A DNA stretch of 64,000 bases, from contig CAJINV010000007.1 of assembly GCA_905178155.1 (NCBI GenBank), positions 1,519,341 through 1,583,340 on the forward strand, given 5' to 3'. The DNA is from Amoebophrya sp. A120 (lineage: Eukaryota > Protista > Dinoflagellata). Position numbers and translations under genes: made by a program. This document shows, one piece after another, positions 36,771-51,100 of this stretch. The stretch's first letter is position 1. Each line of letters opens with the position of its first letter. Below the pieces are notes generated by a model. That model was not told the DNA's origin. It was given only the letters and a program-made list of their open reading frames with translations, and made no database searches.

Positions 36771-38998
36771 ATGAAAGTCACAATCGTTGAAACTCCTTCC
36801 ACAAAACAGCTGAAACAACCCCCTCCCTCCGACGATTTTATCTGGACGGATCCGCTTCGCGACCGCGAAAGCGAGGGCACCAGAGCGTCCTCGAGTGTAG
36901 TAGATCCCCGCAGCCACGGAAACAGCAGTTTCCAATTACCGAAGTCGACCGCGACTTCTATGAGCCAGCGGACTAGCGGGACGACCTCGAAAAGACGTTC
37001 CGGCGCGGCCACTTCTAAGCGAGACAGCAGTACAAAAAAGGCTTCCACCGTCGAAGGTGATCAAAATGCGGCGGAACACCAGAGGCAATCTTTATCTTCC
37101 ACGACGAAAAGACAGTCGAGTACAACTTCTAAGAAGTCGACGAGTGAAGAAAAGGACGGTGAGAATGCTACTAGGCAATCGGATAAGAAGTCAGAAAATC
37201 AAGGTACCGAGGAACAAGAAGCCACTCGGCGTAGTTCCTCGGCGAAGATGAAAGAGTCCTCTCGTGGTTCCGAAGGTGGCAAGAAGTCGCGCCATTCCAG
37301 TGAGAACGTGTACCCGGCGAGTGCGGAGCGGAGCGGTTCCCAAGCTGGAGACCAGAACGCCAGCACGGGAGAAAGAACGTCAGACGTTGTTCACAGGTCT
37401 GCCGCTGAAGAGCAGCAGGTCGCGTTGTCCAACGCCATACTTTCGAACCAGTTGGAAACCCACTCCGAGGGCGCGCACTCCCACCAAACCGTGTCCGCTT
37501 CGGAGTCCGAGAGAGATCATAGTAACAAGAAGAAACTGCTGCAGCGGCAGAACACGAACACCACCGCGAAAGACGGCGCGGACCATAAGCATCATAGGTT
37601 GAAACACTTGCACAGCAAGGAGTTCGTCCGCATCAGGCACTCGCAGTTGCACTCCGGGTTGAGTTCCATGCACTCGGGGATCTTAGAGGACGATAACGAC
37701 AACGCGAATGATAATGACGATCATACTCAAAACAGCACTTCTTCGCCCGCGAAGAAAAAATCTAAATCAGTAGAGAACGACAAGAAGCATCTATCAAAAG
37801 GAAAAATCCCCCCTCCCCATATCGAAACGAAATTTCTGATGCTGGATTTGCTTACACAAATCGGATCTCTCTTGCAGTAGAGGACTGCAGGCCCATATCA
37901 AGCCCGAGTAGAGAGGTGCTGGCCTAGGTGCTTCGCATGAAAAACGTCTATGCTGTAGGCCCAATAGCATCACAAACCGCTTACATAATACTGCGGGGCC
38001 TTTGGGGTTGCCTTCTTGCAAGACAGAGGCGATTTGTGGTCACAAATGAGCATGGCAAATTTTCTGCGGTGTGCCTTTTCGATATGGGGAGGGGGGATTT
38101 TTCCTTACGATAGCATCATCATCAAGAAAAGCAGCATAGCAACCAAACGGAGCGCCCCATGGCCGGTAACGCGGACCAACATTCGGTGAAACAGCACCAG
38201 ATAATGCAGGACCACGTCACCCACGCGGCTATGAACATCGGGTTTCGCCCCTCCCGGTCCTCCGAAAAGCGCGCCTCCGAGGGCCCAAGGGACAGCGTCA
38301 AGGGGTTCGCGATCGTGAACAAGGCAACGGACGAAATCCTCGAAATTCACGCGACCAGACAAGACGCGGACTTTGCCTTCGACAAGAAAGCGTTTTTGAA
38401 CGGGGTGAAGAAAGCGGACAACACCTACGGACCGGCGTCGAACAAGGCAGAGAGGGACTCCGTGGCCGCTGGGCTCGTGGCGGCCACGAGCCGGACGAGC
38501 AATGTGGAAGATGATGATAGGTTGAAGCAGTTTGAGATTAAGGAAATCTGGTGTAAAATGGACCAGATGAAGCAGCACGTGAAGTCTATGATTGAGGACT
38601 CGAAAGCGGCGGAGCAGAAGGGCGGGAAGCCGGGCCTCACGTCCGCGCACCAGCAGTTGCGGAAGCAGCGGTCCGACGCCCGGATTTTCGACAAGACGCC
38701 AAAGAGTTCCAAAACGAGAAGTTTGAACCCCGACGTAGACGGGTCCGAGCCCGAGTCCAACGTTTCCTCCGCCTCCTACACGGACGAGGACGGGGCGAAA
38801 CAGCGGGGGCTGTGGTTCGACCACTGGCGGGACGCCGAAGAGCCAGTGTACGAAGACATGATACGGAAAACGCTGTGGAACATGGGCTTTCACATCGGGG
38901 ACGCAAACATCCGGCAGCGACCCATGGAACAGGCAAGGACCAGTGCGGGCGAACACATCGACAACGTGCTCGAAGACATGTTCGCCGATATGATGTGA
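36771..38998 (+). CDS. Hypothetical protein (~633 aa); exons 36771..37791, 38118..38998
   Basis: Introner removal joins the ORFs in frame (KKH-HHQEK). Confidence 0.75.
37792..38112. mobile_element. Introner, family C
   Basis: Near-perfect ~35-bp TIR; DR GCATC. Confidence 0.93.
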
Positions 38999-40125
38999 GC
39001 GTTTTGATGTTGTAGTTCACCTCCGCAAGAAGTGGTGCGTTTCAATTGAATTTCTTCTACTCTGAAGAGCAAACTACGGCTTACGAGTTGTACGAATTAG
39101 CATTGGAACTGATGGTGGTCAGCACTACTACCCTTTGAAACTTGTTCGTAAGTGCTGCTCTTTCTTAATATGCGACGTGTATTCGTCCCGCTTGTTTTTT
39201 CCTCGACCCTACTCGAATTTGAAACCCAGCTACTCTAAGTCTAAGGTCGTCGTCGTCCCCAATGCGAACACCTGTAAATGAAGATCCACAGTCAAAGTGA
39301 CAGTCGCCGTGACAGAGCTGGGTGGACTTTTTCTCGCATGATTTGCTTTCATTTTTATGTTCTTCTCTGAAATAAAATTCAAATTCTTCGCGCAAAAGTA
39401 GACGGGGTCTTTATTTCATTAGAGCAAGGCGTTCAGTTGGTGCGCCGCGTGTTCAACTTCGATCGTGTAGTCGCGGTGCAACAGATCAATCATGTGTCGT
39501 CAACATCGTTTCTGCGATATCAAGCGGGTCTTTCTTCCTCGGCCGTCTAGGTCATCAAGCTGGCAAGCAAGTTGGAAAGATTATTCTCGTGATCTGGGAT
39601 GTTGCAGGTGATGGGGAAAATGAATCTTCGTCCGTCGCAACACCAACAGTCAACCTAAGTTTTCATTTGGGTCGTGAACAATTCGATCGTGTCGTGATTA
39701 TTTCGCCAACAAAATCTTGTCCTCGACCTCCTGGTTATTTCGTCTTTTTAGGTGGGGGTGAGCAATTAGGACTAGCACTAGGAGAAATCAATAGGTCGTC
39801 AACATCTGCAATTTTGTTCTTGCAGATCGTTTTGTGTACGTCATAGTCATTCCCTTTTGCCATAAGATCGAGGACTCGTCACACATTACGATTTTTACTT
39901 CTTTTTGCCACGACTTGTTGTATCCTTTATTACGTGCCTATCAGTAGAAGTGAAAAGGAAAACAAGGAAACAGTAATGACTTTTTGTTCATCACTTTATT
40001 TAAGAAATTTAGCGATAAGTAGCATGTGAAGGTCTCGCTTAGTTGAAGAGACGAGCATGTAGGAGCTTTTCATAGCATCTATGCCGTAGAAGTCGTTCCC
40101 GGTACAACTATTTTCTTCGCCGCCT

Positions 40126-43100
40126 ATGTTCTCGCACCACCTTGCTTTGGAGCAATCGGCTTCAGTCGACATCGCTCCTGTTCACGGGGCGGCCACGACG
40201 TCGTCATCTTCTGTGGCCACAGATGGTGCACGTGCAGAAGCAGAAGGAACTTCTGCAGCGCCCTTCTATCCTTCGTTCCACACCCCCGGTGGCTCCTCAC
40301 ACGAGCCAAGCTCGGCAGATGGTAGCAAAAAGTCGGTAGATATGGCGGTACAACAAGAGGGAACGTGCAGCACAAAAGCAAACCACCAGCAGCTGTGCCA
40401 TCATGAGTTTGTGTCAGCCTATGGCACGTCCTCCTCGTCTTCAGGTCCGGGCTCGGACCAGGACATTAACAACAGCAGGCACTCGTCGAAAAGACGGGGC
40501 GACTTTTCTTCCGAGGTTTTTGAGGAGACAACTACGGGAGTTCTTCTCGGAGCCGAAGGTGGCGACGTGTTGTCTCGCACGGTCGTACTAATAAAGAATC
40601 CCGCTCAAGAACATCAGCACCCGCCAGCACATCAGTCTTTCTCCTCCAGTCCGATGCAAAAGCTTTTCAACAAGCGCTTCAAAACCGGCGGGTCGTCTTC
40701 CTCGACCGCACCTCGACGTTCTACGGCTGATGTGTCCCGAGACTCGTCTCGGGTGATAAAAACAAGCACAACAGCTGCAAGAACTTCTGTTCTAGGCAGT
40801 AGGTCCAGCGTGACAAGGACAAAGACGAACAAGAATCGGTTCTGTTTTTACGACGTGGACGAGGTGGATAATTCTCTCTCTCCCGGAAAAACAACTTCTC
40901 CCAAACCACCCAGTAGCAGCAGTAGTCCGGGCAAGATGAAGTTGAAAGAGAACTACAGCAGTAGCAAAGGCAGCAGCTCTGGAGTTGTGGCCGCAAGTAG
41001 ATCAGCGAAGGTGATGTTGAATAAAACACCTGCTGGTATAAAAATTTCGCGACAAGCACAAGTAGATAGGATCAAACAAGTTTGTTCACCGGACTACTCG
41101 CGAACACCCGAAAGTGGTCAGAGCCGCAGCAAGACCCCGCCTCCGAATAGTACAACGGAACTACAGCAGGATGAAAGAACGCTTTCAAAGCAACGGGGAA
41201 ATAAGGAGGAAACCGAAACGAAAAGCAAGAAGATGAACAACATGGGAGCAGGAGATCCTGCAACATCAAAGAATAAGAAGGACTTTGTGTCTCCCGCCGA
41301 CGCACCATTCGTCGATTACCACGCGGCACAGTTAGAATTGGAGAACTACCTAGCCAATCTTCCGGACGAAATAGCCGATCACATGCTTCTAGCGGATCAC
41401 AATGTTAACGCCGGGACAGTCTTTGACAAGGCACTGTCGAACCCGTCGATTCTGCTTATGGTTTTCTCAAACGGTTGTACATCTTCAACTGTTACATGAA
41501 TAGAATTTGTGATGCAAGAATGGCAAACGCAAACCAAAAGTGAAAGGGGGGAGCAGCTGGGGCTTGCTTTTCTCCCATCACAAATATGGCATTAAGCTTT
41601 CCGCGCTGTTTGGTCGTTCAAGAATTTGTCATGCGAAGTAGCGTAGCCCTTGCCGTAGCCCTGATGATGCTGATGGTGATTTTGCATGCCAAATCATGTA
41701 AAGAGTTCAGAGTGTAACGCTTGAGCGTCCCATGCTGCAGCTCGACGAACAGATGGTGGAGGAAATCGTCGTCGGCAGCAGCGTATCAACTGCAAAAGTA
41801 TCGCACTCGTAGTAATTGCAGCCATGCATCACAAATTTCTTCTTTAAGACAAATCCGCATTACAAATTTTAGTTCTCATGCTGAGGAAATTTGCAATGCA
41901 TTTATACGAGTACACGATACTCCAACTTTTGCAATTCATACAGCAGCTCGAAATGCAGTTCGGTTTTATCTGATGACTTGCCGCGAAGAGAAGTTCCGGT
42001 TTCCACCCCACTGGCAGATCAAGATCTTCCAGAAGATCAAAATGAGGATGGTGTGGTGTTGATTGCGAGTCCGGTCAAGGATGTGGAGGATAGAACTGCT
42101 GCTCTAGCTGCTGCGTCGGGAAACAAGATGAAGAAAGGAACGAGCGCGGGGAAGGGAAAAGGAAAAGCCGCTTCAGCGCCGGCACTAGGAAGGGAAAATT
42201 TGAAAGGTGAAACACGAGACGCAACGCCCGATTACACTAGGAAGAACAATAACAACGGTGGGGTACTACTAACGCCCGGCACTGCAGCAGGAGTGTGGAG
42301 ACCAAGCACGAGAAACAGCAGCACTGGACGGGACTCCTCTCCAAACAGAAAGAAGGCCGCCCTGCAGCCGGCGCCACGAGTAGAGACTTCGGAGCAAAAA
42401 GCGATTTTGGACGTAGCAGTGCAGCTCTGGGAATTCGCAACAGGGAGAGTACATAGATACTTTTATTTAAATATTAGATACATTTATTATTATTTTGATT
42501 TTTAGCGGAGGCTTGGGGTTCCTTTTTGCTATATCACCCGTGTGCCTTAGCGTAGTGTCATCTGCGCTTGATGTGTTTGCGTTCAACAGTTTTTGCGCGA
42601 GTTGAAGTCGCACGTATGGAGCAGGAACCAGCATGATTGCGCCATGGATAAATCAAATCAGCGATCGCCGACGGCCCGTGCGGATATTAACAACACTACG
42701 ACATCCTCTTCCTCCTCCTCCGCGAATCTCTTTTCCGATGAATTGCTGACCAGAAGCCAGCTAAGCCTCACGGCCCTCCAGGAATTTGCGGAGTTGCTTG
42801 TGAAACGGAAGTGTCTTGTGTCCGATAACAACACCTTCACTGTTCTCTACAGCCGTGATTTCCAGCACCGGAACGTGAGCAACGAGCTGCCGATCGGGAA
42901 AAGGGTGTCCGCCGGCCTGGTGCGGGCCCTGCAGCACAAATTGCTCCTGGTGAAGCCCAAATCGGCAAACCTGGACGAGTCCAGGCAGGCCCCGAAGAGC
43001 CCGACTTTGTCGGAGTACCTGCAGTTCTGCGTCGCGCACAAGTACTTCGAGCGGGAGAGGAAGCCGTGGCCGGTGCAGAACCTGGTTTCGTACGCGGTGA

Positions 43101-46100
43101 TCTTCCACCGCTATTCTGAGCCGCAGCTGATTGCCTTCGAGCAGAACGTGCTGGCGTCGAAACAGCTGACGGTGACCAGTTCGGATTGTGAACCGGAGGA
43201 GGAGGTTGTGGCGAACGGAGATTTTTCAAAAAACGGCAGTTACGTGTACAAGGGCAAGCCGTTTTCCAGTCCGTTCCTGCAGGGGTTGCACGCAAAGGTG
43301 CAGGTCGCGAAGCAGAATTACAGCGAAGTGAGGCGATCGTGGAAGCACACCAACAGAAGAAAAAAGTCGCACACGGAAATACAGAACAAGCCGAGAGGTG
43401 CTTCGGTTAATACTGGTGGAGGGGAGCAAGATGTTCTTCTTGAACATCAAGTAAAAGCACCAACAGCAGCGGCAGCTGAGTTCCCCCTTGATGTTCTACT
43501 TCCCTGCTCTGAACGAGATGAAAAGCAAAAGCGCGCGTCTTTGGTAAAAACGACAGCCGCTGGAGCTATGAAGTCATCTGGTCCTCCAAGCTCGACGTCG
43601 ATATTACCGCGCGCAAAGCACAAGGCGTTGAAAATGCAAATAGCTACCGATCCTCGAATCACATCAGTGGTCGAGTATCACAAGGAAAAGAACAACCTTG
43701 CTGAGGCAAAAGCAGCGAGGAAATCCATAGGAACTTCTGGAGGTTCTTCTGGACAAGGATCTGTAGGAGCCTCGCCAACATCAAACTCACGCCCCTCGTC
43801 TCCCTCTAACATTAACCTCTCGCGGCCAGGCCCAGGGCCAGCACCCCCGCCTCTGACCAGCATAACCAGCACGAACACGAGGATTCGAGAGCGCGCGGAC
43901 AGCATAACCGCAGCGAATAGCGAGGCTTTGAAGAAGTTCGTCGCAGTCGCGAAGCAGGGCACTTCTCGTCGCGGGACGACGACGAGAGCGGGGAAAAGTA
44001 ATTACAGTAGCAGTAATTATGCAACCAGGCTGTCCGCGCCGCCGGCGCCCGGTACTAGCAGTAGTAATGCTGGTGGTCTACTTCTGGGTGATTCTAGTAC
44101 AACTTCTGCAACGTCAAAAGCGGAAAATCTTCAACGAAATAAATCCGAAGAACCAGGATTTACCTCGCCGTTCACAAAAGCGAGGAATTCTCCACACCAC
44201 GAGACGAAACGGTCAGATTCCAAAAAAGTGGTTTACGTGGTGCATCATCCGAAAGGACGCGGAGGAATCACCACGGAAAAAGCGATTGAAAAAAAGAGAA
44301 ATTCCGCTGGCACTACGGCTGATGGTCCTAGTAGTATGGTCGTGCAGATGAATCCACCGCAGGCCGAGGATTTGGTAGCGCACGTCGTTGACATTGACCC
44401 TCTCATCTCTGCGACTACAAAAATTGCAGGTCCAAAGAGCCGATCTTCCTCCCCAGCGGGTGTCGGTGGAGCTCCTCCAAAAGCTGCGCCCACGGCAGGA
44501 GCGAAAGCCCCCAGTGTGATATCTTCTAGTGTAGCTGGGCCGAGCAAAATCGGGCGAGCCGCGACTAGTACAACTCAGAGCTTGTCTACTATTCTAGACG
44601 ACCGTGCCTTACCGAAGAAGTCTGGTGTGGAAATTCGTCACAGTCGGAAAGTAGACACGAAAGTTCCTCGCTTCTCCCACAAAGCAGTAGTAGATTCTGC
44701 ACACGCAGGAGCACAACTACATCATCCACTCCATGTGTATAAACCTCCACCAGAGGCGTTGTTTCCGGAGATCGAAGTAGAACTTCCGAAGCAGCCAGAC
44801 GTCCCAGAAGTTGCCACGTCTACCACGACTAAGAAAGACGACAAGAACTACGGAACGTCCAGCGAGGAATCGATGCGAATCAACGCCGTGAACGAAGCCA
44901 AGAGGGACAGGAGTTTGATTTTGTCCGACAGCGACGTCGCCGCGGGTGATGATGTGGATGAGGAAGAAATTATGGGCACGCGAACCGATTTGCTCTGCCC
45001 CGATAAGAAGCCACAGCGGGACGATGAAAAAATGAAGCAGGCCGGCGGGGTCGTGGAACAACAGACCAGTGGCAGTGAGCGTGCTGGTGCGGTAGAGCGA
45101 ATACCTATGCTAGTAGACGAGGAAATAATTACAACGGGAAGTAAGAGAATAAACTCGCCACGAGGACAAGCGGAACCACCACGACCGGATCGTGATGTTG
45201 AGCCAGTGACTGTAACGGTGTTACTTCAGCAAGTAGCCGAGGAGGTGGAGGCAATGAAAGTAGACGAAAAGAAGAACGGTCTAGCTCCAGGCCTGCTTCC
45301 AGATGACGTTCTTCCCGGTATCTCCTCTACCACGCGGCCACCCCTCGCGAAGCCGCCGGAGTTGGAAAAAGATCAAGTTCGGTTCGAAGGTTTGATGCGG
45401 TTCGACGAGGATGAAGTCCACCACGACTTGAGCTCTTCTATTCTGACAAAGGCGGAACAAATGGAGGACGGTGCCGGAACTACGCTTGAAGGTCGACGTA
45501 GTACAACGACTTTACCCGGCGGCAGAGTAGGATTACTGGAAGAGCAAGTCGACGCGGCGGGCAACAACAGCCCGAACATGATCAATATGCTCCCTGCAAC
45601 AAGAATTTTCAATACACCTACCGAAGACGACGACCACACCATTACAACTTCGGTGCCCACCCGCACCCCCTCCGTCGGTCCCGGGTCGCGGAAAACGTAC
45701 AAATTCATGACGAGAGCGAACACGGTGGCGCGGATGAGCATCCACGAGACGATAGACGAACGGATCGAGCACGGCAGGTTAAGGAGGGAGAGTCACGTAT
45801 GGGAGTGTCAGAATCGAAATTGACAAAATCGAAAAATTTGTGATGCATAAAATCGATACCAGTTGGAGCCTCAGTTTCCAATGGGCGCATGACAAATCTT
45901 GGGAGCACCGAAATCCAGTCTGTCATGCTGTTTGGACAACGAAGACTGCTCCTGTCATGCTATTCTGGCAGCGCATTGCATACCCCTAAACAGGGGCGCA
46001 ATCGGTCTCATTTGCCTGCTCCCCAATACAGGCCTTCAGTTCCCTACATTTTATGCATCACAAGTTTTTCGATCTTGTCAATTTCGATCCTGACACTCCC

Positions 46101-47183
46101 ATATCACGTGAGTGGAAAGGTCGAGAAAACCTTGCACAAGCGAAACAACTCCCCAACACGACTTTCCAGAGCGTCTTTGGAGGACTCGGAGGGTGGAGCA
46201 GGCGGAGATAGTGCAACTTCTATGCACGAGAGCCACATGAACATTCCGTTCGGCTTTGCGCCCCGACCACGGTCTTCCAAGGACAATAATTCCTCGAAAG
46301 TTTCTGTTTCTTCCGTTTTATCGAATTTGGGGGCTGCACCGGTCCCTTCACCATCAACATCTGCGCAGAAGCAAGCCGTCGCTGTCGTGAGCACACCGTC
46401 GCCGCCCGTGCAGGACAGCAAACGTCAAAAAGCGATACTGCCGCGGTTGCGGTTGAGCAAGGTTACGGGGAGCAGAGGAACTTCGTTGTTGTGGAGATCA
46501 ATACCACCGAGAAAATGGAGGGTTGATGAGGTATTAAAGGATCTTTGTCGCGTTGGACGACTGCTTGTGATTCTAATGGTGGCTCCTGTGAATAAATGTG
46601 GTTGACACGATGAAACTTAAACTTTAGCTTATCAGTCAACTGGATGAAGAAGAAGATGATGATCAACTACAATTTAGCGTACTATCAAGAAGCGACGTAC
46701 TAACACAAACACACTAACTATCCAGGTTATCGGCTTCGCCACGGACGTCCTCGACTCCACGTGCGCCCAGTGTTTAGGCGACAACAAGTATGACAGTGCA
46801 CAACTCCCCGTCCCCCTCATTGTCATTTGTCATGCAAAATACCAAACTCACACCTCGCTCGTAAGCGCTGCTAGCATGACAAATTTTGGAACCTCAAATA
46901 GGACTAAAATCTGCATGCAGATTCGTCATACGAAAGCCCCTTTTCTGCTGTTGCTTGTGTTGCTGTTCATGCAACACACATGAGGGACGGGAGCGACGTT
47001 GTGCACTGTCACAACAAGATCACCGGCAAAGTTTTGCTCAGCCTCACGGACGCGGACGTGGAGGCTTTATTAGGGCCGAAAAAAGTGCCGGCGGCGAAGA
47101 AACAGATTCTGCTGTCGCACTGTCGCGCCTTCAAGAAGCTCCGGGACCCGGTGGCCACGGTGAGCCGGATACTGCGGCAGTAA
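40126..47183 (+). CDS. Large low-complexity protein with C-terminal SAM domain (~1910 aa); exons 40126..41455, 41739..41782, 41945..42448, 42590..45797, 46109..46530, 46726..46788, 47019..47183
   Basis: 4 introners plus 2 GT-AG introns (42449-42589, 46531-46725), all phase-compatible. Spliced C-terminus PRKWRVDEVIGF...DNKITGKVLLSLTDADVEALLG matches the SAM pattern. Confidence 0.75.
41457..41734. mobile_element. Introner, family B (diverged)
   Basis: Similar to 1168; DR CTGCT/CTGCA. Confidence 0.85.
41784..41940. mobile_element. Introner, family E (TIR TATG.ATTGCAAAAGTATCG..CTCGTA), reverse orientation relative to 60873
   Basis: TIR; DR CAGCG/CAGCA. Confidence 0.88.
45798..46103. mobile_element. 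Introner, family F (TIR TATGGGAGTGTCAG.ATCGAAATTGACAA)
   Basis: ~55-bp TIR; DR TCACG; homologous to 61671. Confidence 0.95.
46789..47013. mobile_element. Introner, family G (TIR TATG.CAGTGCACAAC), interrupts the SAM domain
   Basis: TIR; DR ACAAG; removal gives DNK|ITGK. Confidence 0.92.
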
Positions 47184-48131
47184 ATAACTTCTTTTGATGA
47201 AGCAGAGGATGTTCTTGAGCATGAGCCTCATGAGGGATCACAGAAGTAGGAGCAAGATGCAGTGGCGACGTGTTGATATATGTGAAACGCATCAATTCAA
47301 TCGTACAGATAAAGTTTCGAAGAAATGACTTTTACTTTTACACACAGACCCAGATCCACTGCAGTACAACATGCTTGATTTTTCCGAAGCAGTGCAATGC
47401 CAATGCATGTCGTAGACAGACTGTAACACTAAAAAAGAAACACTAACATCGCAAAATTAACCCTTTAAGCTTGTGCTTGTCATGACCAAGGACGAGGTCA
47501 TCAACAGGATGAAACTGATTGCTCAAGAAGAAAGTGAAGATTGCAACTGTATTTACAAAAGAACTGTGCGTGTAAGTTGTAAAAAGAAAAACGTCACCCA
47601 TCGTCGTTAACCCATCCCCATTCTCAACATACACGATGCGTTTTTGATTTTATCCCCTGCACTCTGCTAGTACGACGTTGCGGCAACCTAGTGGAGCAAG
47701 ACAATAGAACAGCAGCATTTCGCTCTCCGTGGTCTTCACCTGCGTTGAAGAAAATCGTGGACTGGGCGAAGATCGGTCGATGTCGCTCCTGCTACGTCAG
47801 GAAGAATTTCGTCATTCGTCAAGCTCCTCTTCTTCGTTTATGTATTTGGCCGTGAAATACGAAGTAAACTAAATCGACGTGGTCAAGGTCAAACCAACAA
47901 CGAACTTCGTGGATTTTGCTTTCAATGCAGTGCTCGTCTCGTCCGATCTTAAAAAAGATAATTGCTTCTTCATCGAGTTCATACCTATCACATGTTGACA
48001 GTGCTTTTTTTTTTTCCGATTGATAAAAAAAAGCGGCTTTTGGGCGGTTTGCTCATTCAAATTTAGATGAATTTGATACAGAATATAAATACCTTGAGCA
48101 ATTGAAATTGGTCGAAAAGTCAACCACAACA

Positions 48132-51100
48132 ATGGTAGCAGACACGCTCACAAAGACTACGCTGGAGGCAGCAGTGGCGTCCTCATCTCCACCTGTCACG
48201 ATGTTTTATCCAGCAACCACAAGCGAGCAAGAGAAGTCGACCGCCGCGCAGCAAGCTGCGCTGCAGCAGCGGATCAAACAGTCGGTGAGGTCGTTGTCCT
48301 TACCCCCACTCCGCTCCGTGGACGCACAGATGCGGGAGTACCGCGAGCAGATGATTCTGCAGGCGCGGGAGGCACAGATCCAGATGGAGGAAATAAAGCG
48401 AAGGTCGAAGTCGACCAGTAAATCGCTCGGGAGCGTGCCGCCCACCGCAATGCTGAAAATCCCCGTGATTCCGACTCGGAAATTGCACGTGCAGCCCCCG
48501 CAGCCGAAGTTCCAAAAACTGGAATTAGGAAAAACCCCCCCGAAGCCCTACGACGCGGTAAACCCGGTGCTGGAATCGAATGTGTTTCTGCAGCCGCCTA
48601 TGCAATACACACTTATACTTCCCGTACACAAACAAAATGCATGGCACCTTTCGCCAAGCTAGCCTGTGCCACGTGTGGTCATGCTGGACAGGATTTTTGC
48701 AGGCAATTTTTATTTTCGTCATGCAGAACAAGAAACCAAATTTCAATTTTGTATGTGCAGGTCGTCGTGTAAGGGAACTAACTTTACTGTGGATATCGTC
48801 GCAGAATCTGCTTCGCGGGGACAATTTGAACCGCGGGTACGCATCGGTCGGCGTTCCGTCGCCTTCTGGGAAAGGTGGACCACTAGCGAAGAACAAGGTA
48901 ACTACCAGTACTAGTCCGGCGACTAGCAAAACGACAACTAGCGCCGGCGGTTTTCTTCTGGGCCGGAACAGCACCTTGCTCCCGCGGTCCTCGTATGAAC
49001 TGCAAAAATATCGTGGTCGTACTAATTGCAGTCTGGCATGACAGATCCGCTTTGCTACCTGAACCTGCATGACAAATTTCATTTTTCTTTCTGGGAAAAT
49101 TTGTCATGCGATTTATACTAATACGATACTTTTGGTTTTGCAATGCATACCTCGTCCCTCGGGGCGGTCGGGTTGCGCACCAGGGTGCAGGCGGGCGAGG
49201 CACCACTGCTGCGCGACGTGGACATGCGGGTGCTGCAAACACAGTTTCCGCACTTCAAGCCCGCGGTCGGCGAGCAGTTGCAGAACAAACTGCAGACCCC
49301 CTCTATCCTTTGCAAAAGTATCTCTGAGCGTACTGGTACCATTACCAATCGCAATGCATGCAAATGCAACAAAAATTGTTTATTTCCTTAGAATTGTACT
49401 AGCTCAGTATCTACGCGGTTGGTCTTTAGAAAAAACAATTTGCTTTTGTCAGTCAATTACTACTATGTATAGTTGATGTCCGATACTTTTGCAATGCATA
49501 CGCTCCGTCCTCGCCTGTGTCGCGGGTCCGGTGTCTCCGAAGAGCGATCGCGGTCGGTTTTCACCGGTTGCGGCGAAGGACCGCTCGCCGTCTATGGGAG
49601 GGTACAAATTATTAGGGGCCGGCGCCGACGTTCCTAGTCGGTCAGGGTCGAGGAGAAACAGCATGAACATGAAGCAAACCTACTCCTCGCATCTGTTGCG
49701 GACAGAACCGCCGGCGGGAATGAGTGCGGAAGTTTACGCCGCGATTGTGGAAGTGATGAAAGTCAACCCGGCCCGGCCGCCCACGCCCCTGGAGCCGAAC
49801 CACGCGTGTGCGATCGTGTGCAGGGAGTTGTTGGCGAGGTACTTCTTCTTCTACAGAGGCGTCGCATGATACATCATGCGAAATATTGAGTTTGTGCTCC
49901 ATGATCAAAATCTTTGATTTCAATGAAAACAAACTTCCAAAATGCTCTTGCTCTCAGATTGGAATCCGTAGTCCGACAGCAAGCGAATAACGTGGAGAGG
50001 ACGAAGAAAATGGTTCGGGGGTTTGTTGCGAACGGGGTTTTCAGCTTGCTTTCCGCACAGCAAGAAGACAGCATTGCGGATATCCGGAAAGTTTTGGCCA
50101 TAGTTTTTCCCGATGCCCCCACGAGGAAGCAAGAAGGTGCGATAATGTTGATCATGCTAGTGTTTCATTGATCTGGTTGCGTTTTTTCTTTTTGTGGCCT
50201 GCTCGAGCCGAGCTCGATGATGACAAAAATTTTATTTGCGAACAATCAAGAACACCGACCCTCGATCTTCACATGAAATAAAATGACCCAATAAGATCTC
50301 ATTGCGCGCGTCCGACTCCTGGCGACCACAGCTTGTCCGAAGGACGCGCTCGCGAAAATGGCCCAGGATCTAGCCAAGCTGATCGACGACGAGAGCTTTT
50401 CCATGGCCAACGCTGCGGAAGACAGCCTGGTGCAGGGCGTCAGCGCGGGGTTGGTCCGGGCGACTCAGAAGCTGTTGTACGCTGCGGTGGCCAAGAACGA
50501 GGAATCGGCGTTGGAGGCCGTGTATGAATCGCAAAAGTACCGTGCTTACTTAAAACTAGTATCTTGAAACTCAATTGCATTGCAAATAATTTCCACCTCA
50601 GCATGAGAAATGGAAGTTATAACTCGGATTTACCTTAAAATCGTCACGTATGATAATTGCAATCACTTTCACTGCGGTCGTACGAGTGCGCAACTTTTGC
50701 GATTTATACCATGCGGAAGGAACTGGTCCAGAAGATGACGGCGTTGGAGGCTTTGGGTCGGTCCTTGCAGTCCCAGTTGGAGCAGGACACGGAAGAGGCA
50801 GATGACACGCCGGGAAGGCTGAAAAGTTCCAAACCCGTCGCGGACTGGGGAGTGGAGGAAGTATCTAATAAATGCAAATCAAAAAAATCTTGCTTCTTCA
50901 AGAATCTTGATGGCATTTGCGTTGCATGAGATGAAAGATGATGATGAAGTCTGGCGGCCTCTGCCGCTTTTACAACTACTTTTCTCTGGCACGACCACAT
51001 CCACCAGACGGCATAAAAGAATTTAAAAATCCACACAAGAACAACTCCATCAATGACTACCTAGGTTCTTCAATGGCTAGTCCGGCTGCAGGAGCTCCCG

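Noticed and set aside
46462-46725. Alternative donor AAG|GTTACG for the SAM gene intron
   Set aside because: It is phase-compatible but would delete the conserved SAM Trp (KWRVDE), so the donor at 46531 is preferred.
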